Below, piece after piece: positions 31,779-45,527 of a stretch of 64,000 nucleotides of DNA. The notes beneath the pieces were generated by a model that saw nothing but the letters and a program-made list of their open reading frames with translations, did not search any database and was not told the DNA's origin. Numbering within the stretch: position 1 is the first letter of the stretch; the number at the start of each line of letters is the position of its first letter. Both the position numbers and the translations under genes were made by a program. The stretch is from Eledone cirrhosa (taxonomy: Eukaryota): positions 151,094,001-151,158,000 of the forward strand of contig OZ024740.1 in NCBI GenBank assembly GCA_964016885.1, read 5' to 3'.

Positions 31779-31859
31779 GCACATATATATATATATATAT
31801 ACGTATATATATATATCACATAAACAGAGAATCAGTGTTGCGACGAATAAAATTTATTG

Positions 31860-31954
31860 GACATATTACAATCGTTTCTCTGGCGACCAGCTCGAGGCAC
31901 GATCGATGTAATGATCGAACCTGACTCTGAAATCGCAAGGTCCTCAGGTATGTC
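31860..31954 (-). ncRNA. Type I hammerhead ribozyme with long stem II, family E
   Basis: Inverted copy of 31091-31185. Confidence 0.7.
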
Positions 31955-32699
31955 TGGATTCTATGAAGTAGAGTTTCCAAATGTCCAGTTACACCCGGCA
32001 ACTTGGATCCTGTTGTTGTCTTTCGCTGAGTGGTCAAGGATTGTACACGTCATCGGTATTTTTGGCTACTCATCGCCGTGGTATATTTGGTTCCTTTCAT
32101 TTGCCATATATATATATATAAATGTGTGTGTATATATTTATATATGTATGTATATATATATAGAGAAAAGGCCATATATCGTAAAGAATAGACAATATGT
32201 TGTATATATACAAAATACAGAGAGGTATATGTACCCTACATGTAAATTAGTAGAAATCTCTTAAGCGTTTATTTCGTTTATTCCGCTAGAGAGAGTTGCG
32301 GAAATTATAATCACCTCAGCTAAATAAGTTAAGTGTTTGGGTGCTGTTATATATAAATGTGTGGAATCAAAACCTATCAAGTATGTTAAAATGTTGTGCT
32401 TCTCAATAAACAATATGGAACTCTACTGATTCCATCTAGGGTACATATTCCTCTCTGAAATATGTACTTAGTGTATATACACTATATTGTGTATTCTCTA
32501 CGATATATCGTCCTTTCTCTTTCTCTATATATATACATATATCTTTTACATTTGAATTATTATGGCTCTGGATAACGTCTATTGAGCTTGTTTATCGAGA
32601 AGCACAAAATTCCAACACATTGAATATGTTTTGATTTCTCACCCGGATATAACGCATGGGCAGTTTAGTAAACAACACAACTCACAGCTCACAAAATCA

Positions 32700-32950
32700 A
32701 GATTGGGTAGGACAGAACAAAGGAGACACATAAAACAACAAATTAGTCACTGGAGAATTCACAAAAGTCTGTGAGTGACGAAAGAGCTTTGACAATCAAC
32801 AAATAAACTACTACCCGATTATTAAACTAACCGAGTTACTAACAACAGTTGCGTGTATTTTATTGGCAAAATGAGCCCCCAAAGTATAACAACATCTGTT
32901 TCAACACATGTTTTCAGATAAGAAATCTTTCAAAACAAATACAAAAAAGT
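32700..32950 (+). mobile_element. Diverged family C element with degenerate HHR (CTGGAGA)
   Basis: Colinear similarity to 26490-26805. Confidence 0.6.
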
Positions 32951-32952
32951 GA

Positions 32953-32997
<45 letters not shown>

Positions 32998-33925
32998 GTT
33001 TTGCGAGGTTTTTAATATGAAATCGTGTGTCGAAACAAATATTGTTATACTTGGGGAGGGTCATATTTGTGTAATATTGCCAGAATTAATAACAGAACAC
33101 ACTCACTGTTTGGTTGGTTTTCGCTTCTGTGTCTTTTATATCTGTTAATTTAATTTATTCGCTCCTCAATGTATGTATTTATTTATTTGTTTATTTATAT
33201 TTTTATTTATACTTCTCTTAGTATTTACGGTTCAGTACTATACGAACATGCCAGACAACAACACGACGGTAACATAGACAACATAGAAATTAGAATAATA
33301 TCTAAACATAGAAATGACCCAGCAGAAAGGCAAATCAGAAAGGCCAGTGAAATAGAACTTAGAAGGCCAAGGCTAAACAGAAAAAATGAATGGAATAACA
33401 ACAACACCCAAACAACACTGACCTAAGAGAAGTATAAATAAATAAATAAATTAATAAATAAATAAATACATACATAAGCACAATAACAACAAACACATAT
33501 AACACACACTAGTAAAGATAGAATACATTAACCAATACACAGTCACCAAACACGAACACACATCAAACAAAACACTATACACACACGCAAACGCATGCGC
33601 AAAGAAGACAAAATATAAAATAAATATATAAACAGACTAAATAAAGATGGCGTAGACATACAATGCAACGGGAGGAAACAATAGCACCATTGACGATGTT
33701 GCAGATGTGAAACGAAAGAACTTTGATAGACTATATATATGTGTTTGTGTCTATATTGTATCTGTATTTTTTACCGTTGGTCAGTCAGTGGCAACATTGA
33801 GGAGCGAATAAATTAAATTACCGATATAAAAGACACAGAAGCGAAAACCAACCAAACAGTGAGTGTGTCCTGTTATTAATTCTGACAATATTACACAAAT
33901 ATGACCATCCCCAAGTATAACAATA
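32998..33925 (+). mobile_element. PLE 3' end (GIY-YIG C-terminus + family C' UTR) with stacked 5' inversions
   Basis: 33225-33400 YEHARQQH...DPAERQI..EIE...LNRKNEW; inversions 33170-33222/33425-33480 and 33035-33170/33805-33925; HHR relic at 33682-33733. Confidence 0.65.
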
Positions 33926-34044
33926 TATATATATATATATATATAGTTGTAGAACACTGGAAGGTAATATCCGTTGTGGTAGAGCACTCAGTCCAGTAGT
34001 GTCTGGCAACCATCGTTGCTCGTTTGTTCAACACTGACAAAGGA

Positions 34045-34087
34045 ACGCTGTACTAGTTTCAAGCTTATTAGCTATCGTCAGCAACGT
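34045..34087 (-). ncRNA. Minimal type I hammerhead ribozyme, family I
   Basis: Minus strand: acgttg CTGACGA tagct-aata-agctt GAAA ctag TA cagcgt. Confidence 0.75.
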
Positions 34088-34261
34088 ATACCTTCGTGCC
34101 AGATTGTTGAACGTCTGAAAGTATATACTTACCTTATGCATATTAACGGCTCAGTAGCCCAATTTGCATATCGAGTGTTTTAATCGGCCGGGTGCACCGA
34201 AAACGATAAACGGAAAAAATGAAACGAAATTTTATTTCCCACTCTTAGTACGGCTGTTACC

Positions 34262-34320
<59 letters not shown>

Positions 34321-34699
34321 ATCCAATCCAGGGACTTCTCATTCCTGTTGGAGGAACTCCTCCCTGATTGACCTCCAACGCTTTGTCTTTAGTTTTCCTC
34401 ATGTCCTCAGGGATGTAGCTGTATTCCGTACTCTTGGAAAATTGGCGGTTGGTGTAGATTTTTAACTCATAGTTGGAGTGAACAGCCGTTGATTCTGGGA
34501 AGTTCATCCACCGCTTTTAACAGCTCTTGTTTTTATGCTGCTGGGATTCAACTTATCCTCCTCACCAGACCAGGCTATGGTGGGGGAGCAGGTTTAGTCA
34601 CCGACCACCCGACCATGAAGCAATCTGTACTAGGCTACATGGTACTATTCAAATTATATATATATATATACACACACACGCACACACACACGTGCGCAC

Positions 34700-34806
<107 letters not shown>

Positions 34807-34932
34807 CGCACGTGTGTGTGTGCGTGTGTGTGTATATATATATATATAATTTGAATAGTACCATGTAGCCTAGTACAGATTGGACACCAGTCATACGTGG
34901 TTATACTTATGTATAAATATGTATGTGTATCT

Positions 34933-35021
<89 letters not shown>

Positions 35022-35024
<3 letters not shown>

Positions 35025-35450
35025 AGATACACATACATATTTATACATAAGTATAAACACGTATGACTGGTGTCCATCCTTTACCAGTTTTCTTTATGAA
35101 TGGATGAATTAAATAAATGATCAATTAATTAGAGCTATATTAAATTATAAGCGTGAAGAGCAAATAGATACAAATTTACCTAATTATTCTTCTACGTTCC
35201 GACTGGTATGCCCTCCAGCTGTGAGGTTACGACTTGTCAAGAGACTCATACGGACTAAAGGCAAGTTCTTCGAACTGATCACTACCTGTGATATTTTCGA
35301 AAGGTTAAATTATCACGTGATTATGCGGTCATCCAAAAGCTCTGATTAATTGATTATTTATTTAATTCATTCCTGCAGCAAATTGGTAAAGGATGGACAC
35401 CACACATAGATGTGTTTATACATATGTATCTATATGTATGTGTATCTTCT
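35022..35450. mobile_element. MITE-like element with ~115-bp imperfect terminal inverted repeats
   Basis: agaagatacacatacat...ggtgtccatcctttacca...agagct versus agctct...tggtaaaggatggacacc...atgtatgtgtatcttct. Confidence 0.6.
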
Positions 35451-38117
35451 ATAATTTAACCTTAACTCCCTTATGGCTGAGTAAAATATTAGGCTGAAAT
35501 AGACTGCTTCTTCTGGAAACTATCTAACATGCCAACAGTCGACCCTTCACTACCCATTTATGTAAAACGCTGTCTACTATATATCACGACAAAAACAAAA
35601 GCGAATAAATCAAGTTTAAACCTTAAAATCATTATTCCCATTTCTAAACTTTTAACATATTGCTAAAATCTTTGACACAATCGTCGATAGCACATCATGT
35701 TGTCTCTGTATTCCTCTATATATTTACATATACTGTAATTTGATTAAACTCTATTCCTTCCAAAGCCGCCGCTAGTGCTACCTCGTGTGTATGATGTGGG
35801 GAAAATTCCATTAATATCGCCAAATGATGTTGTCATCAACTTTAAAATCTGCCCAAGATTTGTGGTCTCTGAAATGACTGAAACCCGTAAAGTATATTTT
35901 TTAATTTCACGAAGTTTAGTATATAACTCAGTGAGTGTACTAATTCCGACATAACTGGAAACATTTATATGGCAGCAGAAAATGCATTATCAACGAATAC
36001 AATTTTAATTAATTCCGCATCCTTTGAGAACAAGTGAGAACATTTTTCTACTTTATAAGACTTTATCTGAAAATCATATGCCACGGCGTACGTATCGATA
36101 TATTAATGGGAGAACTGCAAAATAAATGTGTAAAATTTTACAGCTGTCGGCATGGAAACATAATATGGCTTTCAGCAATATAATCTAACTCTCTTTACTT
36201 GGTTAATATAGTCCCTATTGCATTTAAATAAACTTATTTAATCTTTAAATATACCAAATATCCATTGAATTTCTGTATCGACAGTCGATTTATAATAATT
36301 TATAATGTATGCAAATTTGTATTTTATGCTAGTATTGTGTATAATAGTTTTATGTTGTATATACTAGCTCCATATTATACACAATAGCTTTACTTCGTGT
36401 ATAATATTGACAATAATTGAATAATAGTTTTATATTTTGTATAATCGTTATATAAATGGTAGCAGCACGAGGACAGCGTTCAACATAGTAAGGCTGTGTA
36501 TGAAAGCCTATACGATATGTATATATACAACAAACATATGAGAGACTCGCTATCATAGAAAATGTTTGTTCGTTATGAAAAAAATATTGTTCTTTCTTTT
36601 GCAGTGGTGTTTCTATCTATTGTCCGAATAGTGCTTTTAAATGTACATATGAACGTCCTTGGGATCAAACGCTTTTATACAGGTATGCACTTCCGTACCA
36701 AATTTTGTCCACTTCCAAAAAAGGTCGCTACTAGTTACATTTGAAGTCTTCTTTGAACAGTCAGATGTCAGTTTACCTGGAACGAAACAATGCAGTTATT
36801 AATAAGATGGGTTCAAATTTTCATGCACGATTTCACAGCTCTAGCATCACTTCCTCGTAGACAGCCTATGAAATGTTCAGCCGACCCTCGCATATATCAG
36901 TTACTTTTTGTAGAACATCAACATTTTGTACTAGAAACCATCTATAGTTTTGTGTCTTCCTTTGGTGTAGCTTCCTATAGGTTTCAAGGATGTTTCAAAG
37001 CCAATGGTATAAGTTTTACTCTCAGTGTCAGAGTACTATTTCACTACTGTGTGTAACCATGGTGTAAAATCATGTGTATTTCACTCTAGATCTTAGACCA
37101 AACTGATATTAGATTTACCCGGGAAGGGCCATTTGCAAAAATAAAAAAAATAAATAAAAAGATTTAAGATATTGCTTTTCTTCCTCGTCCTTGTAGATTA
37201 TAAATACATTTCTGATTAATGCCAACTCTATTTTTCAACGATAATGAGGTTTTTCACGCAGCATCTTCAGTTTGTGTGTTAATTTTACCCCGAGGATTTG
37301 TCGTGTACAATTCCTAAGATGTATTCTATGTTCTGTGAATTTATTATTGACAGTAAACTTTGCAATAGCAGTGAAATATTCAATTTCGTGTCGCATATAG
37401 TTGAAATTTTATTCTTCTTTTGTTATTCACCTGGGTTATTTGCTGTTTTGATTTGGTGTGCACTGCAATTACCCCTTAGATGCACAGCTGATTGTCCAAT
37501 AAAGTCTCATCTTTTATTTTCCTATATTTCTTCAACGATACCATCAATAACATTTAATATGTGACTAGTAGCCTTCGTCGCCGTACTCAATAAGAACGAC
37601 CTGTCAGTCAACGAGGGCTTAGAAAAATTGGGAAAGTTATTTTCAAATTCTGGCTTTAAATGCTTTTAAATTGTATGTGTTCCACAGGTTCCATAGTCAT
37701 CTCTGCCAGGGCAGATGCATAGAGTTATTGAGTTGAAAGTTAATGACGATTGCGTCATTTTGTTTACATTTTCACTGGACTCTGGCATTGACTGGTGTTG
37801 GATGTTTTCAGAAAATCAATTAATGTCCCAAAGGTTGGGACACAATTGTTATCTGTGATAGCCATTTTTCTCGTATGGAAAAAATGTCTCTTGGCGTATT
37901 TGTTTTGCCTTTGAATGATTTAAATTTGGACGCGATTCGACCCAATATAAATTTAGTTATGTCGTGTAGCCGATAGAGGGACTGACATAAGGAAAATATT
38001 TAGATACATCATGGAGATTTTCTAACTTGACCATCTCTATTGTTTATTGGGTATTTATCCTGCTACTCGCTGGAAAAATATAACCTTTTTGACGTGATGT
38101 AATTTTCAGGATGTAAT

Positions 38118-39345
38118 TCTCACGAGCCGACTGGGCTTGATTGACGGCCACCCAGCTCTCTTTCTGCTGAAGAACTGCTTCGCCATGCCGAAGCTCCTCT
38201 ATACACTCCGCAGCGCTCCGTGCTACGCCCAGACATCTCTCCTAGCTGACCTCGATACTTGTATCCGAGCAGCAGCCGAGGGGATATGCAACGTCAAGTT
38301 TGACGACATAGGGTGGCAACAGGCCACTTTACCAGTCAGGTATGGCGGCCTTGGCCTCCGGTCCCCGATCTCACTAGCTTTGCCGGCGTATTTTTCGTCG
38401 GTAACCTCGTGCCGCGTCCTCGTCAGCAGGATTCTTCAAAACACAACAGAACCCTCTGTGTTCAGAAAACGTGAGGCCGCCTGTGAGACGTTGCACCGGC
38501 TGGGACTTAGCCCAGTAGACGTCCCTCCTCCTTCTCCCCCTGTTGACGTCAAGTCCCCCCAACGCACTTGGGATGCCATCCAGTGCAGCCTGGTCTCAGA
38601 CAGGCTCACGCGCCAGCTCGACCAGCACCGCCTTGCTTGTTTTCGTGTGGCCTCCAAACCTCCACAGTGGTGCCTGGCTCCATGCCCTGCCCTCCTTCTC
38701 CACTGGCACGCAGCTAGACAACCATAACCTGCGAATCGGCGTTTCCCTGAGGCTCGGCCTCCGGATCTGCCAGCCACACCAATCTCGCTGCGGTTCCACC
38801 GTGGACTCTTTCGGCCTCCACCCGCTTTCCTGTCGCCACAGTGCCGACCGCATTCCACGCCATGCTGCCCTCAACGAGGTCATTAAGCATGGCTTGGACG
38901 CTGCAGGCTTCCCTTCCCAGCTCGAGCCGGTGGGGCTCGATCGAGGGGACGGAAAAAGGCCAGATGGCATGACCATCTTCCCGTTCCGCAGTGGCAAACC
39001 CCTCGTCTGGGATGCCACTTGCACCGACACTTTCTGCAGCCGCAACCTGGTGCAGTCTGCAACTGACCCAGGTTCTGATGCACGTCGGGCTGAGGGGGCC
39101 AAACTCCTCAAATACCGGTCGCTCTCCGACAGGTTTGCGGTCGTTTCCCTGGCAGTGGAGACTTCTGGTGTCCTCGGCCCCAGGGCTACCTCTTTACTCA
39201 CCACCATAGGTGCTGAGCTGGCCAGCCGCAGGTGTGAGTCCCGCGAGTTGGAGTGGCTTTTCCAGCGCGTCTCCCTTGCCGTCCTCCGGGGAAACGCCTT
39301 CTCCATTATGTCCGCCAGGGCTGTGGGTGGACCCCATCGCGTACC
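38118..39345 (+). mobile_element. CRE-like RLE non-LTR retrotransposon 3' half, frameshifted
   Basis: PKLLYTLRS, QATLPVRYGGLGLR (thumb), SGAWLHALP, C..RCG...HPLSC, RH, GKRPDG, VWDATC, LAVETSG, LRGNA. Confidence 0.87.
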
Positions 39346-40864
39346 AATACATTAGTTAAATACCATTTTTTCATCTGATATATCTCTAAATTATATTTTG
39401 TACAATTTTCAGGAGTCAAAATAGTTTAAACATGTTAATATTAGCTTCCTCCTCACGTATATAAGATACATATACATTTATACATCCATGTTTTTTTCTG
39501 TAGGTCATTTTTGAGACACGCTAGTTTGACAATCCTGAGATCACGTGGAAGGTCAGGGGGAATTATTTCCTGAGAAGTTCACTAACGATCCGAAAGTGAT
39601 TTGTTTTAGTTAACTTGGAGCACATGGTTGATGCATTTATCTCTGCCTCCGATGTTTAGCAGATGTTGTCCTGACTGATGCTATAAGACTCTCAATGACT
39701 GTTAGCACTAAACTTAAAGCTCTTCTCTCTTCTGTTCGATATCGCTGTTGCTGTGCAAGCTTTCAGTTGATGTCAGGTTGTAATATTCATGGTGCAGATT
39801 TCCTTCATAGGCTAGTCTAGTATCCTAAATATTCGTATTAGTACGAGTATTGCAAATGACTTGTGTGATATTCTCTTGTTATAAAGGAAAACTCGGACTA
39901 TCATATTTCTTTAAGGATGGCAATATCTTCTTTGACAACTTTGTCTTTGTTCACAGTACCTGTGTCACACTGATTCAGCAGGTGAATTATATCAAGAATG
40001 CTCGTTTGTGTGCAATACAACCACACAAAAGGTATTTTAATAAATAAGTAGTTCAGTTAATCGAACAAATGAACGCTCATTGTTGAAACCGATTGAAGAT
40101 ACATTATGTGTACATACATGCATATAGTATCTCCGTTGATTCCAACGGCAAGCGATCCAGTATTTTTTTTATTATAAGGAACAGCTTGCTCGGGAAATTA
40201 ACTTGTATTTGACTGAGCATTCTAGAAACAATTGTACACACTGTGTAAAAATGTTGGCCCTTTGAATTACAGGTATAACTCATATATTTCCCAGCAGAGT
40301 GGACAGGAACAACGTGAAATAAACTGCATCACCATGAATCAAATTCACGACCTTAAGATTGTTAACAGAAAATTCTAACCAAAAAGCTACGTGCCTTCAC
40401 CGCAAACATATATGTGTGTGCGTGCGTTCAGTTTATTCCGTAAGCTCTTTCCAGTACTTTATCTCTTTAACTTAACCTAAGGCAAGTACTAACATCACAA
40501 GATGGTGACATATTGGTAGAGTGTGTAGATCTAAACCACTGGAAGGACATCGTCACAAATATTTACATCGACAGCAGAAGATTTATGCTTATGTACGCTG
40601 CTGCTCTTATATTTATTATTGTCAAGGTTTCTTTGGTGCAATCGTGTATGTATGTGTGTGTGTCTGTGTGTATGTGTATGTATGTGTGTGTGTCTGTGTG
40701 TATGTGTATGTGTGTGTGTTTGCCTACGTAAAAGAGACAGAGGGAGAGTGAGGGAGAAGGAGAGGGGGGAGACAGCAAGGCCAACATTGTTTAACGAAGT
40801 GGCATTTTACATGTATGTACTCGAATACACAACCGTCATCATTTATTAAAATCGTCAATGTGCT

Positions 40865-40911
40865 CCTCTTCTTCTTCTTCTTCTTCTTCTTCTTCTTCTT
40901 CTTCTTCTTCT

Positions 40912-40952
<41 letters not shown>

Positions 40953-41043
40953 TTCTTCTTCTTCTTCTTCTTCTTCTTCTTCGTCTTCGTCTTCTTCTTC
41001 TTCTTCTTCTTCTTCTTCTTCTTCTTCTCCTCTTCTTCTTCTT
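40865..41043. repeat. (TTC)n/(TCG)n compound trinucleotide repeat
   Basis: Direct reading. Confidence 0.95.
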
Positions 41044-41064
41044 AATAGTGATAATAATGATCTC

Positions 41065-41173
41065 TGATTTTGGCACACGGCCAACAATTTTGGGAAGGAG
41101 ACAGTCGATTAAATCGACCCCAGTACGTTACTGGTACTTTATTTCATCGACCCTGTAAGGATGAAAAGCATAG
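41065..41173 (-). mobile_element. SINE 3' portion (related subfamily)
   Basis: Reverse complement of the tttcatccttacagggtcgat..aataaagtaccag...tgtgccaaa core. Confidence 0.7.
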
Positions 41174-41174
41174 C

Positions 41175-41812
41175 CAGTTCGAGATATACTTTACAGGCAT
41201 CCTGCACACATTTGTCGACTGTCCGAACATTGTTGACTTGTGGGTTTATGTCGAACACCTGCTGTCACGTGTAGGGTGAATACGACTATCAGCTGAGTCT
41301 ATCGTGAAAATTGCCCCGCCGCCTTTATTTAACCTGGATCTGCATGCAGTTTTTATCTACCTGGTGGCCATGGCTAAAGAGGTCGGGTGGAGTACACGTC
41401 TGAAAGAGTTGAAGAAAAGTAATTTCCGGTTCAGTGAAGCCATGATTAACTTTTTCAGGTTTCATTGGAAAGGAAAATAAAGAAAAGAGAAGAGCTGCTT
41501 TCTAAGCAGCTTGTTGAAAGTGGAATGAGAGACGAGCATGTCCTGAGTGAATGGGCCTAATGGTGAATATGCGCCTGTTCTTTTGAGGAGGAAAACTGAG
41601 AGAGGGCACTTGTCTTACTGGTCATGATGACCATGGATTTCTGTGAGCTCTCTCTGCGGAAGTCCTCCCTATTGAGACATTTATTTAGAATTTTTTTACG
41701 TTTTCCTTGTTTCCCTCTTTAAAACTATTCTACACGCCAAAACCCACACTGTGCCATCCTGTACCATCCTTAATGTTCTCTTATATGAGCCCTGCGTGGC
41801 TAATAAAGAAAT
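41175..41812 (+). mobile_element. L1/Tx1-like LINE 3' remnant
   Basis: ILHTFVDCPNIVDLWVYVEHLL (H-x4-C..W knuckle tail); pyrimidine-rich UTR ending in AATAAA. Confidence 0.55.
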
Positions 41813-41814
41813 CA

Positions 41815-42003
41815 TTGGATTGGCAGTATCAGTAGGGGGGTCGGACGCCATGCTTTGACGCATAGAGTTACGTCCGTTTCCATTCTGAGTTCAAATCCTG
41901 CCGAGGTTAACTTTACCTTTCATCCTTACGGGGTCGATAAAATAAAGTACCAGTAATGTACTGGGTAATTGCTGGCCTTGTGCCAAAAGTAGAAACAATT
42001 ATT
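41815..42003 (+). mobile_element. tRNA-derived SINE
   Basis: Same family as 24763-24957. Confidence 0.87.
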
Positions 42004-42539
42004 ACTACCACTACTACTACCATTAGTCAAGTCATCACAAACACTACTACCATCATCAGTACTATAATTTCACTAGCATACCACCTCTAATACCACCTCC
42101 ACTAACACTACCACTGCCACCACTAAAACCACCATCAACAACAATAGCAACACAACAACCATCACCATCTTTAACAGTACTAGCACTACTGCTAGTGCTA
42201 TCATTACTACCAACACCAACATCACCATCACTATTACTCTTGCTCTCACTACTCTAACCACCATTGATTTCACAACCACTACTAACATAACACCGCCACC
42301 AACATCATTGCCACTACTGCTACTAGTGATTCAACTACTAGACCACTACCAGTACTACAGCTTCAACTTCTACACTTACCACCACCACTAGATCTACCAG
42401 TTGTGCCACTACTGCTATCACCAACTCCAATAGTACTCTTACAACTACTACCGTTGCTATTAACCCAAACAACATCATCATTACCATCAAAACTACTGCT
42501 ACTGCAACTATTACTTCTAACATCCCCACGAACGCTACA

Positions 42540-42613
<74 letters not shown>

Positions 42614-42648
42614 CACTACTACTACTGCTGCTGCTGCTGCTGTTGCTG

Positions 42649-42693
<45 letters not shown>

Positions 42694-42705
42694 ATACTAC
42701 TACTG
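42004..42705. repeat. (ACT)n/(ACC)n low-complexity tract
   Basis: Direct reading. Confidence 0.85.
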
Positions 42706-43019
42706 GTGCTGGGGATAACCCCTACACTTTCTCAAGCCCACTCCACAATACGCTCCTTGTAATTCACCACACGGTTCATTCAGAAACCATGTTATTGTGT
42801 TGTCATAAGGGTTAGTGTAGTTACAGTGGTTGTGGTAGTGGTGGATGTGGAGGGGGCCTTCAGTGGTGGTATGTAGAGGAGGAAGAGGTGGTGATAGTGA
42901 TGAAGTCACTTGATATGTGGCGAGGTGGGGTGGTGATGTGTTGCGCTGTTTACTTGTTATAAGGTGAAGTGTAGTCACAGTGGTGGTGTGGAGGTGATGT
43001 TGCTGCTAGTCGTGGGGGC

Positions 43020-43620
43020 GATAGTTTTGTTGAGTTTCGTAAAGGTGGTGGTGGTGGTGTGGTTTTGTTGAGTGTTGTAGAGAAGGTGGTGGTGGTGGTG
43101 GTGTGGTTTTGTTGAGTGTTGTAGAGAAGGTGGTGGTGGTGGTGGTGTGGTTTTGTTGAGTGTTGTAGAGAAGGTGGTGATGGTGGTGATGGTGGTGGTG
43201 TGGTTTTGTTGAGTGTTGTAGAGAAGGTGGTGGTGGTGGTGGTGGTGGTGGTGGTGGTGTGGTTTTGTTGAGTGTTGTAGAGAAGGTGGTGGTGGTGGTG
43301 GTGTGGTTTTGTTGTTTTAGAGAAGGTGGTGGTGGTGGTGGTTTTGTTGAGATTTGTAGGGAAGGTGGTGATGGTGGTGGTGGTGGTGGTTTTGTTGAGA
43401 TTTGTAGGGAAGGTGGTGATGGTGGTGGTGGTGGTGGTTTTGTTGAGTGTTGTAGAGAAGGTGGTGGTGGTGGTGGTGGTGGTGGTGTGGTTTTGTTGAG
43501 TGTTGTAGAGAAGGTGGTGATGGTTGTGGTGGTGGTGGTTTTGTTGAGTGCTGTAGGGAAGGTGGTGAACGTGGTGATGGTGGTGGTTTTGTTGAGTCTG
43601 GAAAGAAGGTGGTGGTGGTG
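43020..43620. repeat. Minisatellite GTGGTTTTGTTGAGTGTTGTAGAGAA+(GGT)n with variable spacer
   Basis: About a dozen tandem units. Confidence 0.85.
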
Positions 43621-44564
43621 TGGTGTATTATTGTTGTTATGTTTATACGTGTAGTGTAGTGGTGGTGGTGGTATTGAAGAAGTTATTAGTGGCGTGATAT
43701 GCTGTAGTGGTGACTTTATTTTTTGTGTGTATGGGGAGGTTACTGTTGTTGTTGTTGTTGTTGCTGTGGCAGTAGGTGTTGTAGAGAAGTGGGTGAAGGA
43801 TGGTGATGTTTTGATTGTTACTAGTAGAGTAGAGTTTTGTGGTGGTGGTGGTGGTGGTGGGGGTTGGTGTTATTGTTTTTGTAATGGAGCTGGTGTTCTG
43901 GTGTTGAGTAAAGTAATGTGTGAATGGCGGTGGTGGTTCTCGTGGTTATGACTGTATAACTAAGGTGTAGTGGTAGTGGTGGCGCCGGTGTTTTGGTGGT
44001 CATGGTATTACTAATGTTGAGGCAATGTCTTATTGTTAGTGTGGTTGTTATTTTTACTATTGATGTAACCGTTGTTATTGTTGCTGTTGTCGTTGTTACC
44101 GTTTTTATTAATTTTATATTGTTTTTATAGTATTGTTTTTGCTATTATTTTTACTATTGATTATACTATTGTTTTACTCTTATTGTTACTGTTGTTGTTG
44201 CTGTTACTTTACTACTTTTTGTTGTTATTCCTACTGTTATTGTCATAGTGACCGTTCTTGTTGCTGTTAATATTACTGTTGTTATAACTATTACTGTCAT
44301 TGCTGTTGTTGTTGTTTGTGTTTCTTTTACTAATTTTATTGTTACTGTTTCTATTGCTGTTACTGTTGTTACAGTTTCTGTAGTTGTTACTGCTTCTGTT
44401 ATTGATAATGTTGTTATAACTGTAGTTGTTGCCGTTGTTAATGTTGCTGCTAAAGGATTTGTTACCGCTGTTTATGTTTTGTTGTTACTGTAATTGTTGC
44501 GTCTATAACTGTTTGTTATTCTTATAGTGTTAGTTGTGTTGTAACTGTCACCATTATTATCCGT

Positions 44565-44755
44565 GAATTGGCAGTATCGGTAGAGGGTCGGACGCCATAC
44601 TTTGACGCATAGAGTTACGGCCCTTGCCATTCTGAGTTCAAATCCCGCCGAGGTTAACTTTGCCTTTCATCCTTACGGGGTCGATAAAATAAAGTACCAG
44701 TAATGCACTGGATAATTGCTGGCCTTGTGCCAAAGAGTAGAAATAGTTATTATTA
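44565..44755 (+). mobile_element. tRNA-derived SINE
   Basis: Same family as 24763-24957. Confidence 0.87.
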
Positions 44756-44762
44756 TATAAAT

Positions 44763-44958
44763 GGTAGCAGATTGGCAGTATCAGTAGAGCGTTGGATACC
44801 ATGCTTTGAGGCAGAGAGTTATGGCCCTTTACGTTCTGAGTTCAAATCCCTCCGAGGTTAACTTTGCCTTTCATCCTTACGGGGTTGATAAAATAAAGTA
44901 CCAGTAATGCATTGGGATAATTGCTGGCCTTGTGCCAAAGAGTAGAAACAGTTATTAT
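44763..44958 (+). mobile_element. tRNA-derived SINE, tandem copy
   Basis: Same family; directly follows the previous copy. Confidence 0.85.
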
Positions 44959-45368
44959 ATTACTGACGTTAATATTGTTGTTACTGTTGCTGTTACTTAT
45001 ATTTGTTGCCTGTGTTGTTACTATCGTTATTACTGTTATTGTTACTGGCGGTGTTGTTGCTGTTACTAATGTTGTTACTTTTGTCGATACTGATGTAAGT
45101 TATGTTGCTACTATTGTAGATAGTGTTGTAACTTCTTGTGTTGTCGTTGTTCCTCGTCTTACCGTTACACTGTTGTTATTATTATTATTGTATTGTTACT
45201 GTTGTCATTTCTGTTGTTAGTGTTGTTACTTTTGTTCCTGTAACTATCATAACTACTGTTGTTAGTCTTTGTACAAGTCTTAGTGTTGCGCTCCTTCCTG
45301 CTGTTATAGAAGTAGTCATTCTTATTTTTGTGGCAGTAGAAGTAGAATTTATTGTTGTTGTTTTCATT

Positions 45369-45369
<1 letters not shown>

Positions 45370-45421
<52 letters not shown>

Positions 45422-45430
45422 TGCTGTTTT

Positions 45431-45477
<47 letters not shown>

Positions 45478-45492
45478 TGTAGTTGCTATTTT

Positions 45493-45527
<35 letters not shown>
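45370..45527. repeat. (GTA)n blocks
   Basis: Direct reading. Confidence 0.9.

Noticed and set aside
32260-32330. Minus-strand CTGAGGT...GAAA with ttccgc/gcggaa stem
   Set aside because: A9 is missing and stems I/III do not close convincingly
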